Positions 28,733-38,779 of a DNA stretch of 64,000 nt are shown here, piece by piece. Each line of letters starts with the position of its first letter. Position 1 is the first letter of the stretch. The DNA comes from Candidatus Harrisonbacteria bacterium CG10_big_fil_rev_8_21_14_0_10_40_38 (lineage in GTDB: Bacteria; Patescibacteriota; Minisyncoccia; UBA6257; 1-14-0-10-40-38): contig PFAZ01000007.1 in NCBI GenBank assembly GCA_002773535.1, positions 4,675-68,674 on the forward strand. Direction: 5' to 3'. The translations under genes were made by a program, and so were the position numbers. The notes below the pieces were generated by a model. That model was given only the letters and a program-made list of their open reading frames with translations, was not told where the DNA came from and searched no databases.

Positions 28733-29955
28733 GTCAATTTATTATTGGTCTTGATATAGGGTCACGAACAATAAAAGCAGCAATAGGAGAAATACGAAGA
28801 GATCGAGAATTAGTACTTTTTGATATTATAACCGCGCCATCAAACGGAATGAGAAAAGGCGTGGTAAGCGAACTTAGCGATCTCACACAATCCATCTCAC
28901 CCGTAATTGGCGAGATACGAAATCTTGGGAAAAAAGCGCTTTCAAATATTTATGTTGGTCTAGGATCCAGTGATCTTAAAGTGCACTCATCAATTGGAGT
29001 CGTAGCAGTATCACGCGCAGACTATGAAATATATCAAGATGACGTTAACAGAGCCGCTCAAAGCGCCCAAGCTATCAATATTGCGCCAAATAGAATGGTC
29101 CTTCACGCCGTGGTAAAGGAGTATATTGTTGATGGCGTAAAAGATATTCGGGATCCACTCGGAATGGTTGGCAACCGTCTAGAAGTTTCCAGTATTATTA
29201 TCGATGCATTCGCACCAGCAATAAAAAGTGTTACAAAATGCGTTGAGGTTTTAGGTGGTAGCATAAGCGGTCTCATTCTTTCACCACTTGCCGACGCAAG
29301 AACAGTTCTTACAAAAAATCAAAAAGAACTCGGTGTGGTTCTTATCAATATCGGATTTGGAAAAACCAGCATGTGTGTTTATGAAGAGGGCAAACTCATG
29401 CATGCCTCAATCTTTCCAGTAGGATCGGGCAATATTACAAACGACTTAGCTATCGGGCTAAAAATTCCAGTAGACACAGCTGAGACAATCAAACTTTCTT
29501 TCGGAAATGCACTTGCTCGTGAGGTATCAGCAAGAGATACAATCGAATTATCAAAAATTGACTCATCCGCAAAGGGCACAGTGCCCAGAAGATTCATTTC
29601 TGAGATTATAGAAGTACGGCTTGCAGAAATACTCGAGCTTGTGAATAATGAACTGAGGCGTATAGGTAAAGAACAGCTTCCAGGAGGGGTTGTTTTAACC
29701 GGGGGAGGGGTGAAACTTCCCGGAATAGCCGATCTTGTACGACAGGAGCTTAAAATGTCAACCCAGATTGGGGTGCCGCATATAGAAGATCTTGAGATTG
29801 TAGGTGATGACCTTCACTCAAAAATAGAGGATCCTGAATACATAACAGCTCTTGGTCTTTTACTTTGGGGTAAGGATAAACACTTAGAATCCAAAAATAT
29901 AAACATCCCAATGAGTGGATTCCTAAAAAAGGCCATTCGGTATTTTACGCCTTAA
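28729..29955 (+). CDS. ftsA: Cell division protein FtsA
   Basis: Actin-fold phosphate-1 motif IIGLDIGSRTIKAAIGE. Directly upstream of ftsZ. Confidence 0.8.
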   Translation: MSQFIIGLDIGSRTIKAAIGEIRRDRELVLFDIITAPSNGMRKGVVSELSDLTQSISPVIGEIRNLGKKALSNIYVGLGSSDLKVHSSIGVVAVSRADYEIYQDDVNRAAQSAQAINIAPNRMVLHAVVKEYIVDGVKDIRDPLGMVGNRLEVSSIIIDAFAPAIKSVTKCVEVLGGSISGLILSPLADARTVLTKNQKELGVVLINIGFGKTSMCVYEEGKLMHASIFPVGSGNITNDLAIGLKIPVDTAETIKLSFGNALAREVSARDTIELSKIDSSAKGTVPRRFISEIIEVRLAEILELVNNELRRIGKEQLPGGVVLTGGGVKLPGIADLVRQELKMSTQIGVPHIEDLEIVGDDLHSKIEDPEYITALGLLLWGKDKHLESKNINIPMSGFLKKAIRYFTP

Positions 29956-29970
29956 TAATTTTTAAAATAA

Positions 29971-31431
29971 ATGGCAAAAACTGATAAAAACCGCCGAGGA
30001 GGCAGGCAGAAAAAAGCCACCAATAATACTCGCCCAAAACCGAGGAAAGTTAATGCCGTCAAAAAGGCCCACAAACCAAAAAAAGCGAAAGCTCAAAAAA
30101 AGAAAAGTGGTGAAAAAATTTTAATAAAAAAAATAGAAAGCCTTGTACCCCCTAAAAAAGAACCGGTAAAAAAAGTTCAACCTAAAAAAAAGAAATCAAA
30201 ACCCAAAAAAGCCAAACAAAATTTTTCTCTTGGCCCACCGCTCTACACTGCAAAAATTAAAGTTATAGGCGCCGGCGGAGGCGGCGGCAATGTAGTAACA
30301 AGACTCGCAGAAAAAATATCCGCACGTGGAGCAGAATTAATCGCAGTAAATACAGATGCTCAAGATTTAGAATATTGCATCGCCAAGAAAAAAATCTTAA
30401 TTGGCAAAAATGTAACACGCGGACTCGGTACCGGTATGAATCCGGATATCGGCAGGCAAGCCGCTGAAGAGAGTAGAGCAGAGCTCATGGAGGCCTTAAA
30501 AGGCGCAGACCTCCTCTTTTTGACTGCGTGTTTTGGAGGAGGAACCGGTTCAAGTGTTCTGCCGTTTCTCGCCGAAATGGCAAGAGAAACAGGAGCTCTC
30601 ACGGTTGCCGTTGTTACAAAACCATTTGTTTTTGAAGGTGTTCAAAGAATGCGTATAGCAGAAGAGGCGATCGCAAAACTTAAAGACAAGGTTGATACTC
30701 TTATTGTTATCCCCAACGACAAAATATTTTCAATTATTAAAAAGGATACTCCGCTCGTAAAGGCATTTGAGTATATAGATGAAGTTTTGAGATCCTCCGT
30801 TCAGGGCATCGCAGAACTTATCGCTATGCCAGGAATCATAAACCTAGATTTTTCTGATGTAAGAGCAATTATGGATAATGCCGGACCCGCTCTCATCGGT
30901 GTTGGTATAGGGACCGGTCAGGAAAGAGGCGTCAATGCCGTGAAAGAAATCTTAAATTCTCCACTACTCGAAGCCTCAATAGACGGTGCGCGCGGGATTT
31001 TGTTTGGCGTCGCATGTAATCGTGATTTAAAAATGACAGAAATCAACGAAATCGCGAAACAAATATCAACATCGGTTGATCCATCTGCCAAAATAATTTT
31101 TGGAGCATACCATGATAGAAAGCTTCGACCAGGGCAATTAAAAGTAACCCTTGTAGCCACAGGTTTCCACAGCCCAATAGTAAGAAACTCTGTCGATGCG
31201 GGACCAACACCAGCGCTTTTTGAATTCAATAAAAATGGAGATGGGGGTATGAAATTTGCGCAACAAAAACCATCTACTGAATGGCCAAAAGCTCAGCCAG
31301 TGCCTCAAAAAGACGAAAAGGGAAATAATGATTCAGCAATAAACATATCAAAAAAAGAAGCGCCAAAAGAAGAAAAACCAAATGATGACATGTGGGAAAT
31401 CCCCGCATTTATGAGAAAAAAGAAAAAGTAA
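29971..31431 (+). CDS. ftsZ: Cell division GTPase FtsZ with ~95-aa Lys-rich N-terminal extension
   Basis: IKVIGAGGGGGN, tubulin signature GGGTGSS and T7 loop NLDFSDV. No in-frame Met lies between the annotated start and the GTPase core. Confidence 0.9.
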   Translation: MAKTDKNRRGGRQKKATNNTRPKPRKVNAVKKAHKPKKAKAQKKKSGEKILIKKIESLVPPKKEPVKKVQPKKKKSKPKKAKQNFSLGPPLYTAKIKVIGAGGGGGNVVTRLAEKISARGAELIAVNTDAQDLEYCIAKKKILIGKNVTRGLGTGMNPDIGRQAAEESRAELMEALKGADLLFLTACFGGGTGSSVLPFLAEMARETGALTVAVVTKPFVFEGVQRMRIAEEAIAKLKDKVDTLIVIPNDKIFSIIKKDTPLVKAFEYIDEVLRSSVQGIAELIAMPGIINLDFSDVRAIMDNAGPALIGVGIGTGQERGVNAVKEILNSPLLEASIDGARGILFGVACNRDLKMTEINEIAKQISTSVDPSAKIIFGAYHDRKLRPGQLKVTLVATGFHSPIVRNSVDAGPTPALFEFNKNGDGGMKFAQQKPSTEWPKAQPVPQKDEKGNNDSAINISKKEAPKEEKPNDDMWEIPAFMRKKKK

Positions 31432-31467
31432 GCAAGAAATTATTCTATGATATACTAAAAGCAAATA

Positions 31468-31656
31468 ATGGAGTTAATTGCTTACTTAGTTGTTCAGCTC
31501 TTCGGGAGTGTTATGTATCTTATAGTAAGATACCACTTCAATAATTTTAGCCTTGAGGGTGATAGAAAGCCGGCGGTTATTTTGAGCTTCATGGGTACGG
31601 GAATCATTTTGTGCGCTGCAGTAGCAGGCGTATTTTTATATCAAGCAATAAAATAA
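31468..31656 (+). CDS. Small hydrophobic protein, hypothetical
   Basis: 62-aa ORF with two TM-like segments. Weak. Confidence 0.25.
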   Translation: MELIAYLVVQLFGSVMYLIVRYHFNNFSLEGDRKPAVILSFMGTGIILCAAVAGVFLYQAIK

Positions 31657-31658
31657 CT

Positions 31659-32183
31659 ATGTTTGATTTAGATAATGGCGAAAAAATAATTTATGTATGC
31701 CGTAGACATTGGCTTATATTCCTTTCTGTAATTTTTCAGATTATATTGCCGATGATTATCATTGTCATCGCTCCAATTTTTCTCAATATTTTTTTTGGGG
31801 AAATAACTGGCAATTATAAAATGCTCATTTTCATGGGCGCAGCTCTCATATTTGAAGCTCTATGGGTTGTACTTTTCGCAGTCATTATGGATTACTATCT
31901 GGACATCTGGCTCATAACAAACCAAAGACTCGTTTTTATTGAAGTCAAAGGAATGTTTAACAGAACCGTCTCGTCTGTAAGCTTTGAAAATATTCAGGAC
32001 GTCTCAACAGAGGTAAAAGGTATAATCGCTACACTGTTTGGTTATGGCAATGTTCGTATTCAAAGCGCAGGCACCACAGGTCTTTTTGTCTTTAAACAAG
32101 TCCCATTACCTTATCGAGTAAAAGATCTTATTATTCACGCCAAAGAATCCTCATCTGCATCAGGTAAAAAAAGAGACTCATAA
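31659..32183 (+). CDS. Membrane protein with bacterial PH (bPH_2/YdbT-like) domain
   Basis: Two TM helices followed by WLITNQRLVFIEVKGMF...SVSFENIQDVS. Start chosen at the internal ATG. Confidence 0.5.
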   Translation: MFDLDNGEKIIYVCRRHWLIFLSVIFQIILPMIIIVIAPIFLNIFFGEITGNYKMLIFMGAALIFEALWVVLFAVIMDYYLDIWLITNQRLVFIEVKGMFNRTVSSVSFENIQDVSTEVKGIIATLFGYGNVRIQSAGTTGLFVFKQVPLPYRVKDLIIHAKESSSASGKKRDS

Positions 32184-32185
32184 AC

Positions 32186-34828
32186 TTAAACTGTTTTTAT
32201 TCGCTGTCTCAAAAATATTTTTCTAATCTCCTCTGCAAAAAGAACAATTGACCCAACAGAAATAATTTGAACCCACTGCTCCCAAGAAAGCGGTTTTATT
32301 TTTAACACCGAATTAAAGAATGGATTATTTACGGCAAAAACATGAAGAGTTATAACACCAAGCATAGTCATCGTAAGAAATTTATTTGAGAAAGGATTCA
32401 TTGAAAAAACCGATTTTGTCTCTGATCTGCAATTTAAGGCATTAAACCACTGTGCAACCACAATAGCTGTCAGAGCAAAAGTCCTTGCCAGAACTTCGTC
32501 ATGGGTTTGTTTTTCAAAAAGCCAGAAAGCCTCAGCTGCAATTATGGGCCCTATAAAGACAAGCCTGTAACCAATAGTTTTGTCAAAAAGCTGTTTTGAA
32601 AATTTAAACCCTTTTTTCATTAGGGATGGATCCTTTGGCTCGAGAGCTAAAGATATATCAAAAAAAGTATCAGTCACAACATTTAACCATATAAGTTGAG
32701 CGGCAAGTAGGGGAATGGGGTAACCCAAAAGCAGAGATATAATAATTAAAAGTATCTCACCGATATTTGATGAAAAAAGATATGTTATCGCCCTTCTAAG
32801 GCCTTGTCTCATATTTCTACCTTCTTCAACTGCAGAAAGAATATCTGAAAAATTATCATCCAAAAGGACAATATCAGCCGCCTCTTTTGCCACCTCTGTG
32901 CCGATTTTACCCATTGCGATCCCGAGGTCAGCCGCAACAAGCGGAGGGGCATCATTAACACCGTCACCGGTCATCGCAATCACTTCACCTCTTGCTCTAT
33001 ATGCCTCTATGATCCTCATTTTATGATCTGGCGTAACTCTTGCAAAAACTGTTGTGTTGTCAAGTTTTTCTGCGAGCTGTTCCACTGACATTGAATCTAG
33101 TTCCGCTCCAGTCATGACATTATCTCCCGGCTTATAAATCCCAGCCTGTTCAGCTATTGTTTTTGCAGTAACAGCATGGTCACCGGTTATCATGAGCGTA
33201 TCTATTCCAAGATTACGTGCCTTCTCTATACTTTCGCTGATATTTGGTCTCAATGAATCTCTTATTGCAAACAAGCCCCCAAATATAAGAGGCGGCAGAG
33301 AATCAACAGATACTGATTCTGGAGGATTTACTTCATAAGCAAAGGCAATTACTCGATAGCCTAGTTCCGAAAAGCGAATAAATGTTTGCGAAAAATGCTC
33401 ACGAGAAGACTCTTTCATTTGCAATTCCTCTCCGTTTTTTAAATACCTATCAGACATTTCCAAAATCACCTCTGGCGCGCCTGTTATGGCAAATCTTCGC
33501 GAGTCATTTTTTTTATAAATTGCCAAATGAAATTTCCTTTCATAATCAAATGGCCAGTCCTCAACAAGCTCATAATCTTTATCATTCTTGGACACACCAA
33601 CTTTTGATGCAAAAACGCTAAGAGAACCCTCCGTTGGATCTCCAATTAGTTTATATTCAGATTTTTGAACAGTTACCACATGAGCATTTGAACAGAATGC
33701 TGCTACTTCACCAGCTATTAAAAGATCTTTCGAAGGGTTTTCAATAAGAGGCAATGGTTCATATCCGTTACCATTTACCTCATTATCGTTACCATTTACA
33801 AAAACTCTCTCAACAACAAGTTCATTTTTTGTAATAGTGCCAGTTTTATCGACTGCGATTTTATGAGCTTGACCAAGTGCCTCTACTGCCTGAAGCTTCT
33901 TTACGAGCACGCGTCGCTTTGCCATTCTCCATACCCCCGCTGCAAGAGTTATTGTAAGAACAAGCGGCAGTCCCTCGGGTACCGCTGCAACTGAAATTGC
34001 TACAGAAGCGGCAAACATTTCGGCAACATCTCTTCCCTCCAAAACGCCCAAGGCAAAAATGCCAACAGTAAGCCCAAGAACAATATATACAACAACGCGT
34101 GCAATATGGGTCAGGTTTTTTGCGAGTGGTATATCTGTGTTAACTACAGCAATTCTTGAGCTTATTCCACCGATTACGGTAGAAAGGCCCGTGGCAACAA
34201 CAACTGCCTTAGCTGTTCCCGTTGCAATTACAGTGCCTTTAAAAACCATATTTGTCTGGTCTGTTGTAGAAAGATTCTTCCCTGAAATAATGCTTTCTTT
34301 TTTCCGTACAGGTCTCGATTCTCCGGTTAGAGCCGCCTCATCAATGGTTAAATTTCTTACCTCTAAAAGCCTCGCATCTGCAGGAACCTTGCCTCCTTCC
34401 TGTAAAGTTATGATATCTCCCGGAACTATATCAATATCAGAGACATCCGTCTCCTTGCCACCTCTCACAACTTCAGCTCTTGTTTCAGTAAATTTTGATA
34501 GAGCAGCTAAAGTATTTTGAGCTCTACCTTCTTGAACTGTTCCTAAGATCGCATTAAAAAGCAATATAAAAAAAATCAGAATTCCATCAGTGTACTCATT
34601 TAAGAAAAAAACAAGAATATCCGCTCCAATAAGAACATAAATAAGCGGGCTCTTAAACTGTTCGAGAAAAATTAAAAACAGGCTCTTCTGTTTTGCATCC
34701 GGTAATCTATTCGGGCCATATTTCTGAAGTCTCTCTTTTGCCTCTTCGTCGGCCAGTCCATTTTTTGAAGAATGAAGCGTCTTAAGGACATCTTCCTTTT
34801 CTGTTGCATACCAAGGTGCTGCAGTCAT
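32186..34828 (-). CDS. P-type cation-transporting ATPase (type IIA-like, Ca2+/Mg2+-type)
   Basis: DKTGTITKN phosphorylation site, TGES, MITGDH, GDGVNDAPPL. 880 aa with about 10 TM helices. Confidence 0.85.
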   Translation of the reverse strand: MTAAPWYATEKEDVLKTLHSSKNGLADEEAKERLQKYGPNRLPDAKQKSLFLIFLEQFKSPLIYVLIGADILVFFLNEYTDGILIFFILLFNAILGTVQEGRAQNTLAALSKFTETRAEVVRGGKETDVSDIDIVPGDIITLQEGGKVPADARLLEVRNLTIDEAALTGESRPVRKKESIISGKNLSTTDQTNMVFKGTVIATGTAKAVVVATGLSTVIGGISSRIAVVNTDIPLAKNLTHIARVVVYIVLGLTVGIFALGVLEGRDVAEMFAASVAISVAAVPEGLPLVLTITLAAGVWRMAKRRVLVKKLQAVEALGQAHKIAVDKTGTITKNELVVERVFVNGNDNEVNGNGYEPLPLIENPSKDLLIAGEVAAFCSNAHVVTVQKSEYKLIGDPTEGSLSVFASKVGVSKNDKDYELVEDWPFDYERKFHLAIYKKNDSRRFAITGAPEVILEMSDRYLKNGEELQMKESSREHFSQTFIRFSELGYRVIAFAYEVNPPESVSVDSLPPLIFGGLFAIRDSLRPNISESIEKARNLGIDTLMITGDHAVTAKTIAEQAGIYKPGDNVMTGAELDSMSVEQLAEKLDNTTVFARVTPDHKMRIIEAYRARGEVIAMTGDGVNDAPPLVAADLGIAMGKIGTEVAKEAADIVLLDDNFSDILSAVEEGRNMRQGLRRAITYLFSSNIGEILLIIISLLLGYPIPLLAAQLIWLNVVTDTFFDISLALEPKDPSLMKKGFKFSKQLFDKTIGYRLVFIGPIIAAEAFWLFEKQTHDEVLARTFALTAIVVAQWFNALNCRSETKSVFSMNPFSNKFLTMTMLGVITLHVFAVNNPFFNSVLKIKPLSWEQWVQIISVGSIVLFAEEIRKIFLRQRIKTV

Positions 34829-34941
34829 TTAATTTTCCTTAAATTAGTAAAAAAACGCTGGCGCTAGTGAAAGCACAAACGTAAGTATTATTACAGCAAT
34901 AAGTATTATCGAAAATGTTTTTTTTATTTTTTTCATATCTT

Positions 34942-35979
34942 TTATGAGATTCTTTCCATTACTTTCTCATGTTTAAGGTAAACTTTCAAAATCGCCAAAA
35001 ACATAGCTGCGATAAGTGGACCATAAATTATTCCCATAAGCCCAAAAGCTTCAATGCCTCCAAGTATAGTGAGAAGAACTAATAGGGGATGAATGCTAAT
35101 CTTATCACCAATCAAAATTGGTTTTATAAAATTATCAATAGTGGAAACTATAAATATATTATATATTAAGAATATAATTCCCATTGTGAGCGAGCCAGTC
35201 GCAAAAAGATAAACACCAGCAGGTAAGAATATGATATACGGCCCAAGAAATGGTATAAGCGCCAAAAAACCCATCACAGCGCCCCATAAAACTGGAGACG
35301 GTATTCCAAAGATTGCAAAACCTATTCCACCCAAAAGACCCTGTACCATTGCCGCCACAAAGTTGCCTACAAAAATCGCCTTACCCGCGTCATGGAAGGT
35401 TTTGTATAGGTTAAGCTCCTCTCTTGTCTTAAGAGGGCTAAGATCGATAAGAAACTTTGAAAACTTCTCGCCATCTCTAAGCAGATAAAAAAGAGTCATA
35501 GCCATCACAAAAAAGTTCAATATAAGAGAAACTGCGTTTGAGATTATCCCACCAACTTCTTTAGATAAAGTGAGTCCCAAATTTTTTAAAGTCGGCTCAA
35601 GTTCTGTATCAATAAAATTTCTAATATCAAAATGAAACTGAGTGGCAATAGGTTGCACCGTGGTTATAAACGGGTCAAATAATTTTGAAAGCTGGCTAGT
35701 GTCAGAAAGAAGTGATAACGCTTCATTCCCTAAAAGTATCAAAAGTCCAAACAGGGGAAGAATTATAAGCAAAAGAACGAGCAATACCGTAACAAGAGCG
35801 CTTATATTTTTCCCCTCATGAAATTTTCTAAGCAAAAACTGGTAGAAGGGGTATGTTAGAGCCGCAAGAATCGTGCCTATTATAAACGGCGCAAAAAAGC
35901 CGCTTATAACAAAAAACAGAAGCACAAAAAATATTGTGACCAGACCAATTAGAAAATATCTTGATTCCCGTGTTGGCAT
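34942..35979 (-). CDS. AI-2E family transporter (PerM/UPF0118)
   Basis: Polytopic membrane protein with the family's typical length and topology. Confidence 0.6.
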   Translation of the reverse strand: MPTRESRYFLIGLVTIFFVLLFFVISGFFAPFIIGTILAALTYPFYQFLLRKFHEGKNISALVTVLLVLLLIILPLFGLLILLGNEALSLLSDTSQLSKLFDPFITTVQPIATQFHFDIRNFIDTELEPTLKNLGLTLSKEVGGIISNAVSLILNFFVMAMTLFYLLRDGEKFSKFLIDLSPLKTREELNLYKTFHDAGKAIFVGNFVAAMVQGLLGGIGFAIFGIPSPVLWGAVMGFLALIPFLGPYIIFLPAGVYLFATGSLTMGIIFLIYNIFIVSTIDNFIKPILIGDKISIHPLLVLLTILGGIEAFGLMGIIYGPLIAAMFLAILKVYLKHEKVMERIS

Positions 35980-36051
35980 TACATAAAGTATAACACGGAA
36001 GAATTATTAGTCATTACTCTAAAAACCTTTAAAACTCGTTTTTTCGTTTAG

Positions 36052-37197
36052 CTAAAATTTTCCAAGGGCAATTTTTCTCCTTATACCCTCAACATACTTT
36101 TCTAAAAACCAAAGGTTGTGAATAGTGAGAAGTCGTCCACCGAGCGGTTCTTTTGCTTTAAACAAAAAGTGCACATGAGCTAATGCGTAAACCCTGCACG
36201 TTGGACAGGCGCAGGCAGCCGATATCGGTCTAAAGGCATTTTTATATACGCCACGTTTTACATCTATGTAACCCCTGCTTGTAAATGCTGTTCCATGCCT
36301 CGCAACACGCGTAGGTAAAGCGCAGTCAAAAAGATCAATTCCTAATTTTATGATTTCCGGAATTGATTTTAAATCCCCAATTCCCAAAAGATGATGAGGT
36401 CTTCCCCAGTCAATTTTTTCATTAACAAATGAGATTATCTTAAACATCTCCCTTTGGCTTTTTCCTAACGCTCCACCGATCGCTATTCCAAAGACAGGCA
36501 ACTCATTTAAAGATTCAACAGATTTTTGCCTCAAATCCTTAAATAATCCGCCTTGAACAATCCCAAAGGTTTTTTGTTTTTTTGATTTATGGACTTTCAA
36601 ATATCTCTCATACCATCTATTTGTCCTCTCCAGATCACGAAGCGATGCATTTTTGTCATCAACCACAGCTCCGCATATATCAAGTAAGTACGCAAAATCA
36701 GCACCAAGTTGCATTTGCGCTTTCGCTGAAGACTCCGGAGTTAGCATTATTTCCCTGCCATCTCTCGGCGATCGGAACCTTACCCCTTCCTCAAAAATTT
36801 TAACAAGTCCCTGTGATCTCTGTTTTAGATCTGATTTTTCTCCGGGAAAAATTGAACCCACCTTCCCTATGCCGAAAGCAGTCCCTTTTCCAAGGCTAAA
36901 AACCTGAAATCCTCCCGAATCTGTAAATATTGGGTGCTCAATATTAAAAAATTTATGAAGTCCTCCTTGTTTTCCAACACGCGCCGTCGCATCAAGATCA
37001 ATAAAATGAAATGTATTTGTAATCTGACACTGCACACCCGCAGATTTAAGATCGTCTGAATCAAGCGCGCCTTTTATAACACCAAGCGTTGCAACGGGAA
37101 TAAAAGCAGGAGTTTTTATTACACCATGAGGCGTCTTAAGTGTGCCGACTCTCGCTTTACTCTTTTTTGATTTTTTCTGAACTTCAAAAGAAAACAT
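36052..37197 (-). CDS. tgt: Queuine tRNA-ribosyltransferase (tRNA-guanine transglycosylase)
   Basis: TPHGVIKTPAFIPVAT, DSGGFQ, and the zinc site CACPTC...H. Confidence 0.85.
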   Translation of the reverse strand: MFSFEVQKKSKKSKARVGTLKTPHGVIKTPAFIPVATLGVIKGALDSDDLKSAGVQCQITNTFHFIDLDATARVGKQGGLHKFFNIEHPIFTDSGGFQVFSLGKGTAFGIGKVGSIFPGEKSDLKQRSQGLVKIFEEGVRFRSPRDGREIMLTPESSAKAQMQLGADFAYLLDICGAVVDDKNASLRDLERTNRWYERYLKVHKSKKQKTFGIVQGGLFKDLRQKSVESLNELPVFGIAIGGALGKSQREMFKIISFVNEKIDWGRPHHLLGIGDLKSIPEIIKLGIDLFDCALPTRVARHGTAFTSRGYIDVKRGVYKNAFRPISAACACPTCRVYALAHVHFLFKAKEPLGGRLLTIHNLWFLEKYVEGIRRKIALGKF

Positions 37198-37201
37198 AGA
37201 T

Positions 37202-38182
37202 CTAATAAAATCTTGAAATTGTTCGATGATGCGGGACTTTAGGATTCATTTCTTTTGAATAAACCCACAAACGATAATCCAAATCAGGGTACGATATGCC
37301 GGTCGATTCTGCAATTTTTGAAGCGCATATAATCGCTCCTGCCCTCAGTGCCGCCTCTTCCTCTGAACCATATCCCAAAACTTCTTTATCTTTAAGTTTT
37401 TGCAATAAATCAGAACGGGGGATAAGCATACCATAATTTATAAAAAGCTGAGGAAGTTTATGATCTGGGTAAATCAATAAATCTTCCCGGTCCTTTAAAT
37501 TCATTCCACAAAATGCTTCAAGGTCCGAAATAAGAAGTCGCAATTTTTTGCAAAACGGCATCATTACGCCATTAAAATTTACAATATCAGAAAAAACATA
37601 AGGCAATTTTTCTAGCATAAAATTGGCAAAATCATTTACGCTTTTGCCATTAAATTCCGTAACCAGTTTTTCAAAATCAGTTTCTTTAAGAAAAATTCCT
37701 ATATCACCCAAAATGCGTACACGCTCTTCTACTAACTGCATTTGACCAGTTGTCCCCAAAAGGAGTTCCTTCATAAAACCCGATGGATCATTTGAAAGTT
37801 TATCTGCAAGATCAGGATATTTTTTTATAACTTCCTTTATCTTCATACCCAGCGCAATGGATCCCTTCAGCTCTCCATATCTAAAAGTTTTCGATTCGTC
37901 AGCATTCCAAAAGCAAAAATTTAATGAATCAATAAGAAGAAAAAATACCGGCGATAAACCCTCGAACTGAACTAGTGGTTCACTATCCGGTTCAGTTAAT
38001 AGTTTTATTTTTAATTCTTCAGGTATATTTTCAGATATTTTTACAAAATTGGTTTCTCTGAGAAATTTTTCTGAAAGAGGAAGTAAGTTCTCAAGTCTCG
38101 TCATGTTTATTTTTAATATATTCCCTAAGCGGACATACATCGTGTTTGCATCGAGCTGTGCAATATTTTCTGCCGTAATCAA
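37202..38182 (-). CDS. Hypothetical protein adjacent to tgt
   Basis: 326-aa ORF with no motif I can name. The true start is probably an internal Met (~38104), which would reduce the overlap with nth. Confidence 0.4.
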   Translation of the reverse strand: MITAENIAQLDANTMYVRLGNILKINMTRLENLLPLSEKFLRETNFVKISENIPEELKIKLLTEPDSEPLVQFEGLSPVFFLLIDSLNFCFWNADESKTFRYGELKGSIALGMKIKEVIKKYPDLADKLSNDPSGFMKELLLGTTGQMQLVEERVRILGDIGIFLKETDFEKLVTEFNGKSVNDFANFMLEKLPYVFSDIVNFNGVMMPFCKKLRLLISDLEAFCGMNLKDREDLLIYPDHKLPQLFINYGMLIPRSDLLQKLKDKEVLGYGSEEEAALRAGAIICASKIAESTGISYPDLDYRLWVYSKEMNPKVPHHRTISRFY

Positions 38183-38732
38183 TCATTCTGTACGTAAAAT
38201 TAAACCACTCTTTTTTGGGGAGTATCTCCATTAAATCTTTTTCAATTTTCACAGCATCTTTGTGTTTGGTTAGGCCAAATAGCCTTGAGAGTCTTACCAC
38301 GTGAGTATCAACAGCAATGCCATCAACAATCCCATACGCATTTCCCAAAATCACATTAGCAGTTTTTCTGCCAATGCCGGGAAGGGCAACAAGCTCTTTT
38401 ATTGTTTTTGGTATTACTCCATTGTATTGGTCCTTGATAATTTTTGCTGTAGATAGAATATTTTTTGCCTTTGCTCTATAAAGACCGATTTCCTTTATAT
38501 CTTTCTGAAATTCAGAAATATCGGCTTTCGCGTAGCTATCAAGTTTTGGATATTTTTTAAAAAGCCTTTTGGTTACTTCGTTTACTTTTTTGTCAGTTGT
38601 TTGAGCCGATAAAATAACCGCAACAACAAGCTCCCAGTTATTTGAATAATCTAAGGCTATTTTTGTTTTGGGGAAAAGTTTTTTCAGTATCTTTATTATT
38701 TTTTCCGCTCTCTTTGCATTATCGCTATCCAT
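38091..38732 (-). CDS. nth: Endonuclease III
   Basis: HhH-GPD LVALPGIGRKTANVIL and a 4Fe-4S loop C-x6-C-x2-C-x5-C (CTARCKHDVCPLREYI). Confidence 0.85.
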   Translation of the reverse strand: MDSDNAKRAEKIIKILKKLFPKTKIALDYSNNWELVVAVILSAQTTDKKVNEVTKRLFKKYPKLDSYAKADISEFQKDIKEIGLYRAKAKNILSTAKIIKDQYNGVIPKTIKELVALPGIGRKTANVILGNAYGIVDGIAVDTHVVRLSRLFGLTKHKDAVKIEKDLMEILPKKEWFNFTYRMIDYGRKYCTARCKHDVCPLREYIKNKHDET

Positions 38733-38779
38733 AATAATTCAATTGTATGCGAGAAAGGTAAAAAATTAAAAGCTCCTAT

